A DNA stretch of 64,000 nt from positions 20,026,001-20,090,000 of the forward strand of contig NC_042997.1 in the NCBI RefSeq assembly GCF_006345805.1, given 5' to 3'. The position numbers and the translations under genes were made by a program. Below the pieces are notes generated by a model. The model ran no database searches, was not told the origin of the DNA, and saw only the letters and a program-made list of their open reading frames with translations. This stretch comes from Octopus sinensis (taxonomy: Eukaryota). This document shows, one piece after another, positions 49,253 to 60,540 of the stretch. Within the stretch, counting starts at the first letter, position 1. Every line of letters begins with the position of its first letter.

Positions 49253-49727
49253 GTTTAACGTCTGTTTTCTGTGCTAGCATGGGCTGGACGGTTTGACCGG
49301 GGTCTGGGAAGCCAGGGGCTGCACCAGGCTCCAGTCTGATCTGGCAGTGTTTCTACAGCTGGATGCACTTCCTAACGCCAACCACTCTGCGAGTTTAGAG
49401 GGTGCTTTTTACATGCCACCAGTACAGAAGCCAGTCGAGGCGGAGCTGGCAACAGCCACGTTCGGATGGTGCTTTTTATGTGCCACCGGCACAGGTATCA
49501 CAACTACTATTTCCATTGATATTTATTTCGATGTTCATGTACTTGACTCAACAGGTCCCCTCAAGCACAGCAGGATGTTCTGGGATCCAAGGTATTTTGA
49601 ATGGGCAGGGGCTTTGTGGAACTGGTGCCGGAAACAGCCCGGGTCTTTGCAGTCACAGCACATCTCCAGAGATCTCGGTCCTTCGCCATTGCCTCAGTGA
49701 GGCCCAACGCTCTGAGGTCGTGCTTGA

Positions 49728-50027
49728 CTACCTCATCCCATGTCTTCCTGGGTCTACCTCTCCCCTGATTCCTTCAACTGTTTGGGAGCAGCACTTCTTC
49801 ACACATCTCTCCTCATCCATCTGCAGTACATGACCATACCATCGCAAGCGTCGCTCTTGCACACCGCATCTGATGCTTCTTATGTCCAGCATTTCTCTCA
49901 GGGTGCTTACACTCTGTCGTGCATGCACATTGACATTACACATCCATCGGATCATGCTAGCTTCATTTCTTTTAAGTCTATGCATGTCCTCTGCAGTCAT
50001 AGCCCATGTTTCACTACCGTGAAGCAT
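49728..50027 (-). pseudogene. C-terminal continuation of RTE ORF2
   Basis: LHGSETWA..RRLRWYGHVL; same frame as the main ORF, after one TGA. A 1-nt deletion near 49754 shifts the GRGRPRKTW motif out of frame. Confidence 0.9.
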
Positions 50028-50033
50028 GGCAGT

Positions 50034-52472
50034 TCACACACATGCATCATACAATCTACCTTTCACTCTGAGTGAGAGACCCTTTGTCGCCAGTAGGGGT
50101 AGGAGCTTTCTAAACTTTGCCCAGGTTATTCGTATTCTAGTGGTGACACTCTCTGAGCATCCACCTCCACTACTAACTTGGTCACCCAGGTAGTGGAAAC
50201 TATCAACTACTTCTAGTTTCTCCCCCTGGAGTGTGATGGAATCTGTTTTCTGAGTATTTGTGGTGTCTATTGTCCCTGTGCATCTGCCGCACATGAAAGC
50301 TATCTTATCAGTTAATTTCCCTTTGATGTTGCTGCACCTCTTATGCGTCCATAGCTTACACTGGGTGCATCTTATGGAGTTTCTACCTATACCTTTCCTA
50401 CAGATCGAGCAGGGCCACCTGCCCAATGGGGTGTGTGCTGAGTTCGCCTTTCTGCTTACTATAACTTTGGTCTTTGCTACATTTACTCTAAGGCCCTTTG
50501 ATTCTAACCCTTGTTTCCACACCCGAAATTTCTTTTCTAGTTCCGGTAGTGATTCTGCTATGAGAGCCAGGTCATCAGCATAGAGGAGCTCCCAGGGGCA
50601 ACCTGTTTTGAATTCCTCTGTTATTGCCTGGAGGACTATGATGAATAAAAGGGGACTGAGGGCTGAGCCTTGGTGTACACCTACTTCTACCCGGAATTCT
50701 TCACTATATTCGTTGCCAATCCTAACCTTGCTGACAGCCTCTCTGTATAGGGCCTGTACAGCCCTTATTAGCCATTCGGCAATCTCCAGTTTCCGCATCG
50801 ACCACCAGATAAGGGATCGGGGGACCCTGTCAAAGGCTTTCTCCAAGTCCACAAAAGCTATGTAGAGGGGTTTATCTTTAGCTAGGTACTTCTCCTGCAG
50901 TTGTCGGACCAGGAATATAGCATCAGTGGTGCTTCTACCCAGCACAAAACCGAACTGCATCTCATCTAAGCAAATTCTCTCCCTAATGAGATGGGTTATG
51001 ACCCTCTCTGTGACCTTCATCACCTGATCCAACAGTTTAATACCCCTGTAGTTATTTCTATCTAGAGCATCACCCTTACCCTTGTAGCAGTTGACTATGG
51101 TGCTGCTACGCCAGTCATTGGGTATGACTCCATTATGAACTACCTGGTTTACAATACGGGTGACTAGGCCATAGCCCACATAACCAGCTGTTTTAAGTAT
51201 CTCAGCAGTGATACCTGATGGGCCGGGGGCTTTACCTGGTTTCATACCCTTAATTGCCTTAACTACAAGGGAGCTGTCTATTTGGATAGCTGGTCCCTCT
51301 ACTGGGTCAACATTTGGCAGGCTCTCCTCCTCCCATTCATTCAGCAGTCTTTCATAATGGCTTCTCCAAGCCTCTTTCTTTTCACCAACATTAAAAGCAA
51401 GTGCCCCATCATCCATGCGGACACATTTCTCTCCTGTAACATCACTATTTTCTCTCACACACTGTCTAGCAATCCGAAATACCTCAGTTCTTTGGTCCTC
51501 ACGTCGCTGGACATTGGCAAACTTCTTCTTTTCTGCTATATCTTTGGCTATGTATACCTGCCGCCCAGCCTCCCTTTTGGCTACGTGGTACAGTTCCCTG
51601 CTACCCCCATCCCTCCAGGCTCTCCAGGCCTGTTTCTTTGCACTAATGGCTTTATCTACTGCACTATTCCACCACCACGTAACTCTAGGTCTGGAAGGGA
51701 CTTTGCACCATCCACAGACTTGGTCTGTGGCACTCAGCAAGCAGTCCAGTAGGAATTTCCAGCTACCTTCTTTGTCCGACGTCTGTAGCTCCTCCTCCCT
51801 CTCATCAAATTTCTTGATGAGGATGTCCCTAAATCTCTGACCATGTGAAGGGTTCTTTAGCTTCCAAATCCTTCTTTTCTGGATTGGTCTGTTTCTTGGA
51901 GTCCTTCTGGCCTCAAGCCTAAAGTCACTAATGATTAGCCTATGCTGAGGGATACATTCTTCACCCGGGAGGGTCTTTGTATTTAAGAGCGACCCTGCAT
52001 CCCGCTGTCTGGTGAGGATGAAGTCTATTTGGCTAGCGGAGTCTCCTGACTGATAAGTTATAAGGTGGCAGTCAGGCTTCCTGAAGTTAGTGTTGCAGAT
52101 TAAAAGGTTACATGCATCACAGAATTCCAGTAGTCTAGTTCCCTCATCATTTCTGGTGCCAATACCATGGCCACCGTGTACCCCAGTGAAGATACTCGAT
52201 TCCCGCCCAACATGCCCATTAAAGTCTCCACTCACAAAGATGAGGTCCTTGCCACTAGTCTTTGAGGTAGCCTGTAGAAGGGTATCATAAAAGTGGTCCT
52301 TCTGATCATTTGGTAGCCCCGCATGTGGAGCATAGGCGGAAATAATCATAGCTGTGCCACTCTGTAGGACTAACCTGAGATTAAGCACTCTATCGCAAAC
52401 CCTGACAACCTCTATGACCTTATCCACCCATTTCTCCGCAAGGAGAATGCCTACACCCCCTACCCCATCCAT
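50034..52472 (-). CDS. RTE ORF2 (partial APE endonuclease + reverse transcriptase), 812 aa, ended by a premature TGA
   Basis: SAYAPH, GDFNGHVG, SQIDFIL and QHRLII (APE); KAPGPSG, NYRGIKLL, QFGF..GRSTTDAI, FVDLEKAFDRVPR, GVHQGSALSPLLF, LLYADDL, YLGD (RT). Confidence 0.95.
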   Translation of the reverse strand: MDGVGGVGILLAEKWVDKVIEVVRVCDRVLNLRLVLQSGTAMIISAYAPHAGLPNDQKDHFYDTLLQATSKTSGKDLIFVSGDFNGHVGRESSIFTGVHGGHGIGTRNDEGTRLLEFCDACNLLICNTNFRKPDCHLITYQSGDSASQIDFILTRQRDAGSLLNTKTLPGEECIPQHRLIISDFRLEARRTPRNRPIQKRRIWKLKNPSHGQRFRDILIKKFDEREEELQTSDKEGSWKFLLDCLLSATDQVCGWCKVPSRPRVTWWWNSAVDKAISAKKQAWRAWRDGGSRELYHVAKREAGRQVYIAKDIAEKKKFANVQRREDQRTEVFRIARQCVRENSDVTGEKCVRMDDGALAFNVGEKKEAWRSHYERLLNEWEEESLPNVDPVEGPAIQIDSSLVVKAIKGMKPGKAPGPSGITAEILKTAGYVGYGLVTRIVNQVVHNGVIPNDWRSSTIVNCYKGKGDALDRNNYRGIKLLDQVMKVTERVITHLIRERICLDEMQFGFVLGRSTTDAIFLVRQLQEKYLAKDKPLYIAFVDLEKAFDRVPRSLIWWSMRKLEIAEWLIRAVQALYREAVSKVRIGNEYSEEFRVEVGVHQGSALSPLLFIIVLQAITEEFKTGCPWELLYADDLALIAESLPELEKKFRVWKQGLESKGLRVNVAKTKVIVSRKANSAHTPLGRWPCSICRKGIGRNSIRCTQCKLWTHKRCSNIKGKLTDKIAFMCGRCTGTIDTTNTQKTDSITLQGEKLEVVDSFHYLGDQVSSGGGCSESVTTRIRITWAKFRKLLPLLATKGLSLRVKGRLYDACV

Positions 52473-52680
52473 GTTACCTTGCCAGAAGACTTTATACCTA
52501 TGTTTTTATTATTATTCGTGTTATTCCTGTGGCATCCATGTTTGTAGTTCGGCATTTTGTCAAATGTATCTGGACAGCTCCCTGCTAGCCAGTTCCATGT
52601 GAAACTATCCAACACATACCAGCTTGGAAAGCGGTTGTTAAAAGAAAAGAGCAAAGAGAAATATTATTGTATTTTGGTAT

Positions 52681-53104
52681 ACTCTTTTACTCTCTTTTAC
52701 TCTTTTACTTGTTTCAGTCATTTGACTGCGGCCATGCTGGAGCACCGCCTTTAGTCGATCAAATCGACCCCGGGACTTATTCTTTGTAAGCCCAGTACTT
52801 ATTCTATCGGTCTCTTTTGCTGAACCGCTAAGTGATGGGGACATAAACACACCAGCATCGGTTGTCAAGCAATGCTAGGGAGACAAGCACAGACACACAA
52901 ACACATACACACACATACATATACATATATATACATATATACGACAGGCTTCTTTCAGTTTCCGTCTACCAAATCCACTCACAAGGCATTGGTAGGCCCG
53001 GGGCTATAGCAGAAGACATTTGCCCAAGATGCCACGCAGTGGGACTGAACCCAGAACCATGTGGTTGATTAGCAAGCTACTTACCACACAGCCACTCCTG
53101 CACC
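52681..53104 (-). mobile_element. Full-length SINE family B
   Basis: Complete; near-identical to 33541-33930. Confidence 0.93.
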
Positions 53105-53517
53105 TATGGTCACTTTTTTTTTGCCAAATAAACACATGCATTATATATTTATTCTTCTCTTGTTTATTATTGTTCTTATTGTATCGTATGTCTATTGCCT
53201 GGAAATCTTTCGTCACACATCTGACCTTTTCAGTGACTCTTCCATCTCAAGTGTCTTCTCCTGTTCTGTTTAGTCCACTTTTCCACACAATTGAGTGCAT
53301 TCTTTATCACTTTTTATTCCATATTCAAACCAGTATATAGGTGTCACTCTTAAATGCCTTGCTCAACACCTCTGATATTCAGTAGCAGTTATGTCGATAG
53401 AAATTTTCACTAATGGGTTACATATTCTTCTGCAGTCACTACTTACCATTTTATCAACATTATGCCCCATGGCTTTACAGCACCACACTTTGCTTGCATG
53501 CCTAGTATAGGCTGCCT

Positions 53518-53892
53518 ATTGGAAGCACTCCGTCGGTTACGACAATGAGGGTTCCGGTCGATCCAAATCAATGGAACAGCCTGCTCGTGAAATTAACGTG
53601 TAAGTGGCTGAGCACTCCACAGACACGTGCACCCTTAACGTAGTTCTCGGGGATATTCAGCATGACACAGAGAGTGACAAGGCCGGCCCCTTGAAATACA
53701 GGTACAACAGAAACAGGAAGTAAGAGTGAGAGAAAGTTGTGGTGAAAGAGTACAGCAGGGATCACCACCATCCCCTGCCGGAGCCTCGTGGAGCTTTTTA
53801 GGTGTTTTCGCTCAATAAACACTCGCAACGCCTGGTCTGGGAATCAAAACCGCGAGTCCGCTGCTCTAACCACTGGGCCATTGCGCTTCCAC
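53518..53892 (-). mobile_element. tRNA-derived SINE (family C-related head, different tail) with 10-bp TSD
   Basis: A-box TGGCCCAGTGG; TSD TAGGCTGCCT at 53508-53517 and 53893-53902. Confidence 0.88.
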
Positions 53893-54119
53893 TAGGCTGC
53901 CTTTTATAAAGTCAGAGGAATCATAGGTTGCCAACAGAGGAAATATCTGTTAAATAGTCCCCTGATACCTCTATATACCCTCTATATACCCAGGTTCTCA
54001 CTATCACTGCATTCAACATCCCTAATCCCTACTTATATTATGACCTCCATAACTTGAAGGTATGCCCTGGCACTTCACTACCATCTCTCTCTTGGTCTCT
54101 GTTATACTCTTGCTGTTTT

Positions 54120-54122
54120 TCA

Positions 54123-54158
<36 letters not shown>

Positions 54159-54325
54159 TCCTTCTGGTTGAGTAATCAGTTATCCCCTTTACAGCAGCAC
54201 ACCTGATTCTGTCCTCATTCCTGATCACTATCTCTCTCTCTCTTTCTCTCTCTCTCACTCTTTCTCTCTCTCTCTTTCTCTCTCTCTTTCTCCTCTCTCT
54301 TCTCTCTCTTCTCTCTCTCTCTCTC
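54120..54325. repeat. (CT)n microsatellites
   Basis: Read directly. Confidence 0.95.
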
Positions 54326-54469
54326 TGCTGGATAACCATGTACCTTCTCTACAGCAAGACACCTGTTTCTGTCTTTCTGGCACATTCTAACCTTTCATCA
54401 TCTGATACAAGATTACCTCCTCCAATGCCCCCTCCCCATTCAAAGGTTTTGTCTTGCAAGTTACTTGGT

Positions 54470-54775
54470 AACTCCGCCAGTGCTGATGTCACACAAAAAG
54501 CATCCAGTTCACACTGTAAAGTGGCTGGAATTTGGGAGGGCACCCAGCTGTAAAAAACATGTCAAAGCTGACCTTGTTTATGCTAGTGCCACATAAAAAA
54601 CACTCAGTTCACTCTTCTGGGTGGTTGGTGTTAGGAAGGGTATCCAGCAGTAAAAACCATACTGAAATAGACACAGAGGTCTGGTGTAGTCTTCTGCTTG
54701 GTCAACTCCTGTCAAACCATCCAACCCATGCTAGTATGGAAGGCAGACATTAAACAATGATGATGATGATGATGA
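54470..54775 (+). mobile_element. RTE-tail-type repeat
   Basis: GGTTGGTGTTAGGAAGGGTATCCAGC..CCAACCCATGCTAGTATGG..(GAT)n. Confidence 0.8.
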
Positions 54776-56139
54776 AACAATTTTATTTGCACCATATGCA
54801 GTATACATTCATTATAACCATCTTCATCAATAATTATGTTTCTTTATGGAATTTAATTTAACTATTAGTTACTGAGTATCCTTTTAGCAATACAAATTAT
54901 TCATTTCATATCTGGTTACCAACAAAATCAATTCATTTAATGCATTTTAGCAGCATAACTATAGCTGTTGTTTATCCATTTTAGAATGGACAAAATAGTT
55001 TAACATCAACACACCCCTTCTATGTATTCAACAAAGCCACATATAGAATCCTATGGGTATTTTCTATTTATTTCTAGTTATTTAGTATCTTGAGCTTCAC
55101 CATGTTAATCTTTAAGCTTTCAATTTTGATCATTCCTTCAAGTTCTGGGAACTTGTTATCAATATACAAAAGTTTACAAAACCGCCACTTCTAAATGTTA
55201 TGCAAGAGAACAATCAAGGCAGAAAAAATATTGGTATACTTGATACGTCCCTTACCTTAATTTTGTGATAAAGCATAAGACATTTCTTTACAAATTATAT
55301 ACTTGAGACATTGTTAACCTTACTTTTGTAATTAATTCATGAGCCATTTGTCCTCAGTTCCTTTCACATTCTATACAGCCCATGAATCACCAGAATTTGA
55401 TACTTTAAAGGCTTTATAATATAAAGCAGGAATATATTTTTGAAGCTATGTATCTCACCTGAAACAGCATTCTCCCCTACAAGCAAAAACAGCAGCCCAT
55501 CCAACCCCATAAACTATTATAATTTCTACAAATTCTAGTTTACAGTGTTAAATCTACTATCACTTACTAACTTTCTCATGATCGTTTTTTCACTTCTTCC
55601 ATAACTTAACTTCTTAATGTGAAGTCTTTTAATTCCTGTAGCCTCTAAATGATATAATAGAAGTGATCTTTGCTCATATTTTAATTCTCTTTGGGATATA
55701 TATCGGGAAATTCAGGAATTTTTCATTAACTTGATAAGGTTGTCTGCAGATTAGGATACTCATAGATATTTTAAGCCCCATGATTATGTAAGAGTTTCAA
55801 GAGAAGACTTCTTTTACAGATTATTTATCAAAAACTGATGATGTAATAACTAATAAATAGAGGCAGTTGTAGCTGGGTACTGGTAGGTAGTCAGAATTAG
55901 TAGGTGTTGTACAATTTTTATGGCTTCATGCATAGTTTTGAGAATGACAATAATACCTGGTTGCAAACCACCTGGTAGGTGGTCATTATCTGGTGATTTT
56001 GCTCAATTACAGGCATGAACATTCTACTGATTCTCTACCACTTTTGTTTGCTAGCAAGTATTTAAAGGTAAAAGGTAAAGTTAGCTTCTCAAGTCATGTC
56101 AACTGATAGAAGCCAATTTCCTGGTTTCCATCACATAGT

Positions 56140-56437
56140 TTGTTCCTTCTTGAGCCATGCTTGGCTCATAAGGGCCGGTTTCCCGGTTTCCTTGACATAT
56201 AGGTTTCCCACCTGGACGGAACGCTGGTCCGTCGCAGGTGAGCTGCAAGATGCAGGAGGAAAGAGTGAGAGAAAGTTGTGGTGAAAGAGTCAGCAGAAGT
56301 TCATCATTACATTCTGTCAGAGCCATATGGAGCTTAGGTGTTTTGCTCATGAACACACACATCGCCTGGTCTGAGATTCGAACCTGCGATCCCTCGACCA
56401 TGAGTCCACTGCTCTAACCACTAGGCCATGTGCCTCC
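56140..56437 (-). mobile_element. SINE family C
   Basis: Close relative of 4971-5271, with A-box and GTTCGAATC B-box. Confidence 0.9.
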
Positions 56438-57359
56438 ACTTTCCCTCACATACAAATTCCTCACTTGATAGGACATTGGGCTATCACAGGATTACTCATT
56501 TTTGCCAGCTGGAGCAATGTGAAATGAAGTATTTTGCTCCTGAGCACAATGCATCACCTGATTCAGGAATCAAAACCACAATCTTACCGTCATGAGTCCA
56601 ACACCCTAAATACTAAACCACACTTCTCCTAGCAAGCATTTAACATGTATCTATTGGATACTGCCTGATCATGTGGACAGGGCTTAAATAAGTATAAAAA
56701 GTTTTTTCATAACATTTCATTTCCCAAATCAGAGTGCCTTCCATGATGCAGTGTCCTATTACAATCTAGAATCCCTACGTATATTTTCCATTTCTCTTTC
56801 ACCTTGCTATCACTAATAAATTCGTTTAGTTATTTGGGTATTCAGCCTATCTTCTCCATGTCTCTGCTTCCTATATTGTATTAGATATCCTCAGGATATA
56901 GATAAAATATAGGAAAAGGTAAATGGAATAAAAAAAGATCTATATTCACAAATACAATGTCTAAGTGCATAGTTTTTTATTCCTTCAAGTATAGTTTTCA
57001 CTGAATTAGTTCTTACTTTTTCTCCTATATTATTGAATTTTTAACCTGAAGAATAGACCAATAGTCTTAAAAATTTGATCAATATATATTTTTGCATCCC
57101 AAATTGTTGTTTCCTTAGCACTTCTTAATTGTGTGTTTGCATGATCAGAGTATGGGTGTGAAGCTCCTGTGTGTGTAGAGTTAAGCAAAGTGGCAAATTT
57201 CACATTGGTTTAGGATATTAGGGAGCCAAGAACTGTTTTATACAGAAGTTCTTATATCTGTTTCTTTATTATGTAGATAGGTTTAGTAGAAAACTTCCAC
57301 AGAGAAATGACCTCTGAATCTGAAGTGCATTAACTTCTCCTCATGGCTGTTCTATCTAC

Positions 57360-57640
57360 GCAAGCATAGCACAGTTGTGTGGCAAGAAGCTCGCTTTACA
57401 GTCACATGGTCTTAGGTTCTGTCCCATTGCAGGGCACCATGGTTATGGGTCTTCTATATTTGCCTTGGGCTGACCAGTAGTTTGTGAGTGAAATTCGAAA
57501 ACAGCATGGAAGCACATATATGTGTGTGATTGTATGTATCAGCTTGTGTATGCAAATATATCTGTGTGTTTATGTATGTGCATATATCTGTGTGCTTGTG
57601 TTTGCACATATATATGCATGTGTATGTTATCATTGCTTAC
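57360..57640 (+). mobile_element. Old SINE family B copy
   Basis: GTGTGGCAAGAAGCTCGC..CACATGGT..GGTTCTGTCCCA..GGGCTGACCAG. Confidence 0.65.
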
Positions 57641-58454
57641 TTCTTACTTGAGATGTTGAACAGCAAAAATATTGTGTTTACCTTTCCAGTGAACATTATG
57701 TCCAGTAGCTATGTGCACTCAGTGTAGTGGAATAAACATTCCTTTATTTGTAAAACAGGAACTGATTGGTGACAAGAAAAGTATCCAACTGTAAACATTC
57801 TACCTCCAGTAAGCTACATGTCCAACCTATGCCAGTATAGAAAAGCACACAAAATAAACAAATGAAATTGGTGCATGCAAGTGTGTATGTATGGAGGAAT
57901 AGATGAATGAGTATTACTTTCATTTTCAAGCAAAATATATATATTTCAAAAAGCAGATTAAATTTCTTATTTTCACTAGTAACTGTTTACAGAACTGTAT
58001 TTGATAACATAGTGACTATACATTTCTGTCACTCAGTGTGCTGATGTAATAAATATTTATTTATTATGTTAGTTAAACAAATAATATTTAAAATTACAAA
58101 AGAAATATATATATTTATCATATATTAGTTCTGTACCAATCATTTAATGTTGTGTTTAATTGAAAATACTTAATTTTTGTTTTAAATATGTTATTCAATA
58201 TTTTTCCTCAACAAAGCATCCGTCAGTGCATCAGTGCATCAATTATCCTCATCTTATTATCATTTGTGTTTTTATGTACAGTGTTTCCATGCTGGGATTG
58301 AATGAATAGTTTTGAAGTATTGCCTTTCTCCTACTGTTCAGGTTTATAAAAGAAATAATTAATGAACTCTGTTGGATTGCTTTGTATATTTTGTAAATGA
58401 TGATGATAATAACGAAGATACTATTTCAAATTTTAATAATAATAATGAGTATTA

Positions 58455-58458
58455 GTAT

Positions 58459-58502
<44 letters not shown>
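58455..58502. repeat. (AGT)n microsatellite
   Basis: Read directly. Confidence 0.95.
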
Positions 58503-59095
58503 AAACTTACAGAAATATAACCTTAGAGAAGACTATAAAGTTTGTAAATAAGATGTTATTGATGTCAAACACGTCAGAGAAGTATTATGCCAAAGATTCA
58601 TAAGGCGGTATAGAGACCTCTACGTAAAAACAGTTCTCTCATAAACAGTGTTACTGCCAAAATATCTAATAATAGCCTTTAAAAATAAGGGCCACATGTT
58701 ATAAGATCTAAGTCTTAGAACAAAACATTTCCAATAGAGACACAGCTCCAGCTGTAAATTAATACAATGCATTGTTTCTTTAATCACTTCTGTGCCATAA
58801 TGTTGTTTAAAAAGAGCTTAATGTGGTTATGTAATTATATCACATTGTTCACCAATAATAAAGATCTTGACATTCATAGACACTGCCACAAATTTTCCAT
58901 GCATCCAGAGAACCTAAATCTCTCACATTCATGAGAATAATTAAATATAAAATTTGTTGATTAAGTTCTAGTGCTGTGTTAGAGAACAGCAGAATAATAC
59001 TCGAAACCTAAGTGTCTTGATTATAGGCTCTAGAATAAACATTTGATAAATTCTCACAGTTCTGGTCATGGGAGTTACAATATAGGCAGCACAAA

Positions 59096-59520
59096 GGCAG
59101 CGAGCTGGCAGAAACGTTAGCATGCCGGGCAAAATGCTTAGCGGTATTTCGACTGCTGTTACATTCTGAGTTCAAATTCCGCCGAGGTCGACTTTGCCTT
59201 TCATCCTTTCGGGGTCGATAAATTAAGTACCAGTTACACACTGGAGTCGATATAATCGACTTAATCCCTTTGTCTTTGTTTGTCCCTTCTATGTTTAGCT
59301 CCTTGTGGGCAATAAAGAAATAAGAAACATTAGCACACTGGGTGAAATGCTTAGCAGTGTTTCATGTCTTTATGTTCTGAGTTCAAATTCCACCGTGGTC
59401 AGCTTTGTATTTCATCTTTTCAGGGTCGATAAATTAAGTGCCAGTTGTGTACTGGAGTCAATCTAATCAACTGGCCCTCTCCCCCAAAATTTCGAACTTT
59501 GTGCCTAGAGCAGAAAAGGA
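59096..59520 (+). mobile_element. Head-to-tail SINE family A dimer with 15-bp TSD
   Basis: Two monomers, each with a B-box and core; TATAGGCAGCACAAA at 59081-59095 and 59521-59535. Confidence 0.9.
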
Positions 59521-60239
59521 TATAGGCAGCACAAATGCTAAAAGTTTTATATTACTAATATGATGAGAATTTTAATACAAAATGGTCAAACTTTGATAGT
59601 ATAATACCAATTTTCTTACCAAGAAAATTTTTGAAAATAGTTTGCTAACCTTTCTCAAGACTTGTTTTCTCATTAATCTGGAACAAATGCAGGCACAGAT
59701 GCTGGAGAAAATTAATAAGTTACTTCTTGTGTTTCATTGTTATCATTCTCACTTTTATATTCTTTTTCCATGCTAGCATGAGTTGGATAGGTTTCAGTAT
59801 CTCACTGCTTGCATCTGGCACAAATAACAACAGAGAACAATCAACTCTTCCTTTACTCTATGAGTGTGTATGTGATATTTATTTTTACAGTTGAATTACT
59901 TTTCTATCACCAGCCAATTTACAGCATGGACTGGGTGCATTTTACCACACCAGCAGCACTAGAGATGATATCTGCAGCAGAATTAAAACTGTTGCCCTAT
60001 ACTCTGTATCAGTGCTTTTATTCAAAGCTATTGTTCTTCTAGATATATTGCTTGTACTGAGATTTGCAGAGTCCATGTCTTTACCATTTTCTTACTGCTT
60101 TTTCTTTTTGTTTTTGGTTTTGTTTCATATAGCTCTTATAACTGATATTCTTTCTATTAAACTTTAAAATGTGCACACTGATAATAAATTGACAGCTTGA
60201 ATACACCCTAAAGATTCAGAGAAGGTTTTTATATTAATA

Positions 60240-60540
60240 AATGTGCATGACTATGCCGTTCAGAAATTCACTTCCGAAACACATGGTTTTGGCTTCAATC
60301 CCACTACATTGCATTTTGGGTGAGTCTCTTCTACTACAATAGTGGGCAGACCAAAGATATGTAAATGAATTTGGTAAACAGAAACTGAAAGAAGCTCGTG
60401 AAATAAATGTGTGTGTGAGCACTTGTGTGTGTTTGTGTCTCCTGGACTTGACATTGCTTGATACTTGAAAATAAGTATCACCATCGTATAGTGGTGGCCT
60501 TTGTTTCCTCCCTGCCATGAGAGCATGTCTGGCATTAGGG
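60240..60540 (+). mobile_element. Old SINE family B copy
   Basis: ACACATGGTTTTGGCTTCAATCCC..GACCAAAG..GAAACTGAAAGAAGCTCG. Confidence 0.7.

Larger units (their letters stand above)
49252..52505 (-). mobile_element. 5'-truncated RTE-clade LINE with 3' UTR and (GAT)n tail
   Basis: APE + RT coding region 52505 to about 49640; 3' UTR ending GACGTTAAACGATGATG at about 49252. Confidence 0.97.

Noticed and set aside
50260-52602. Several plus-strand ORFs of up to 156 aa
   Set aside because: They are antisense shadows of the RTE ORF2.
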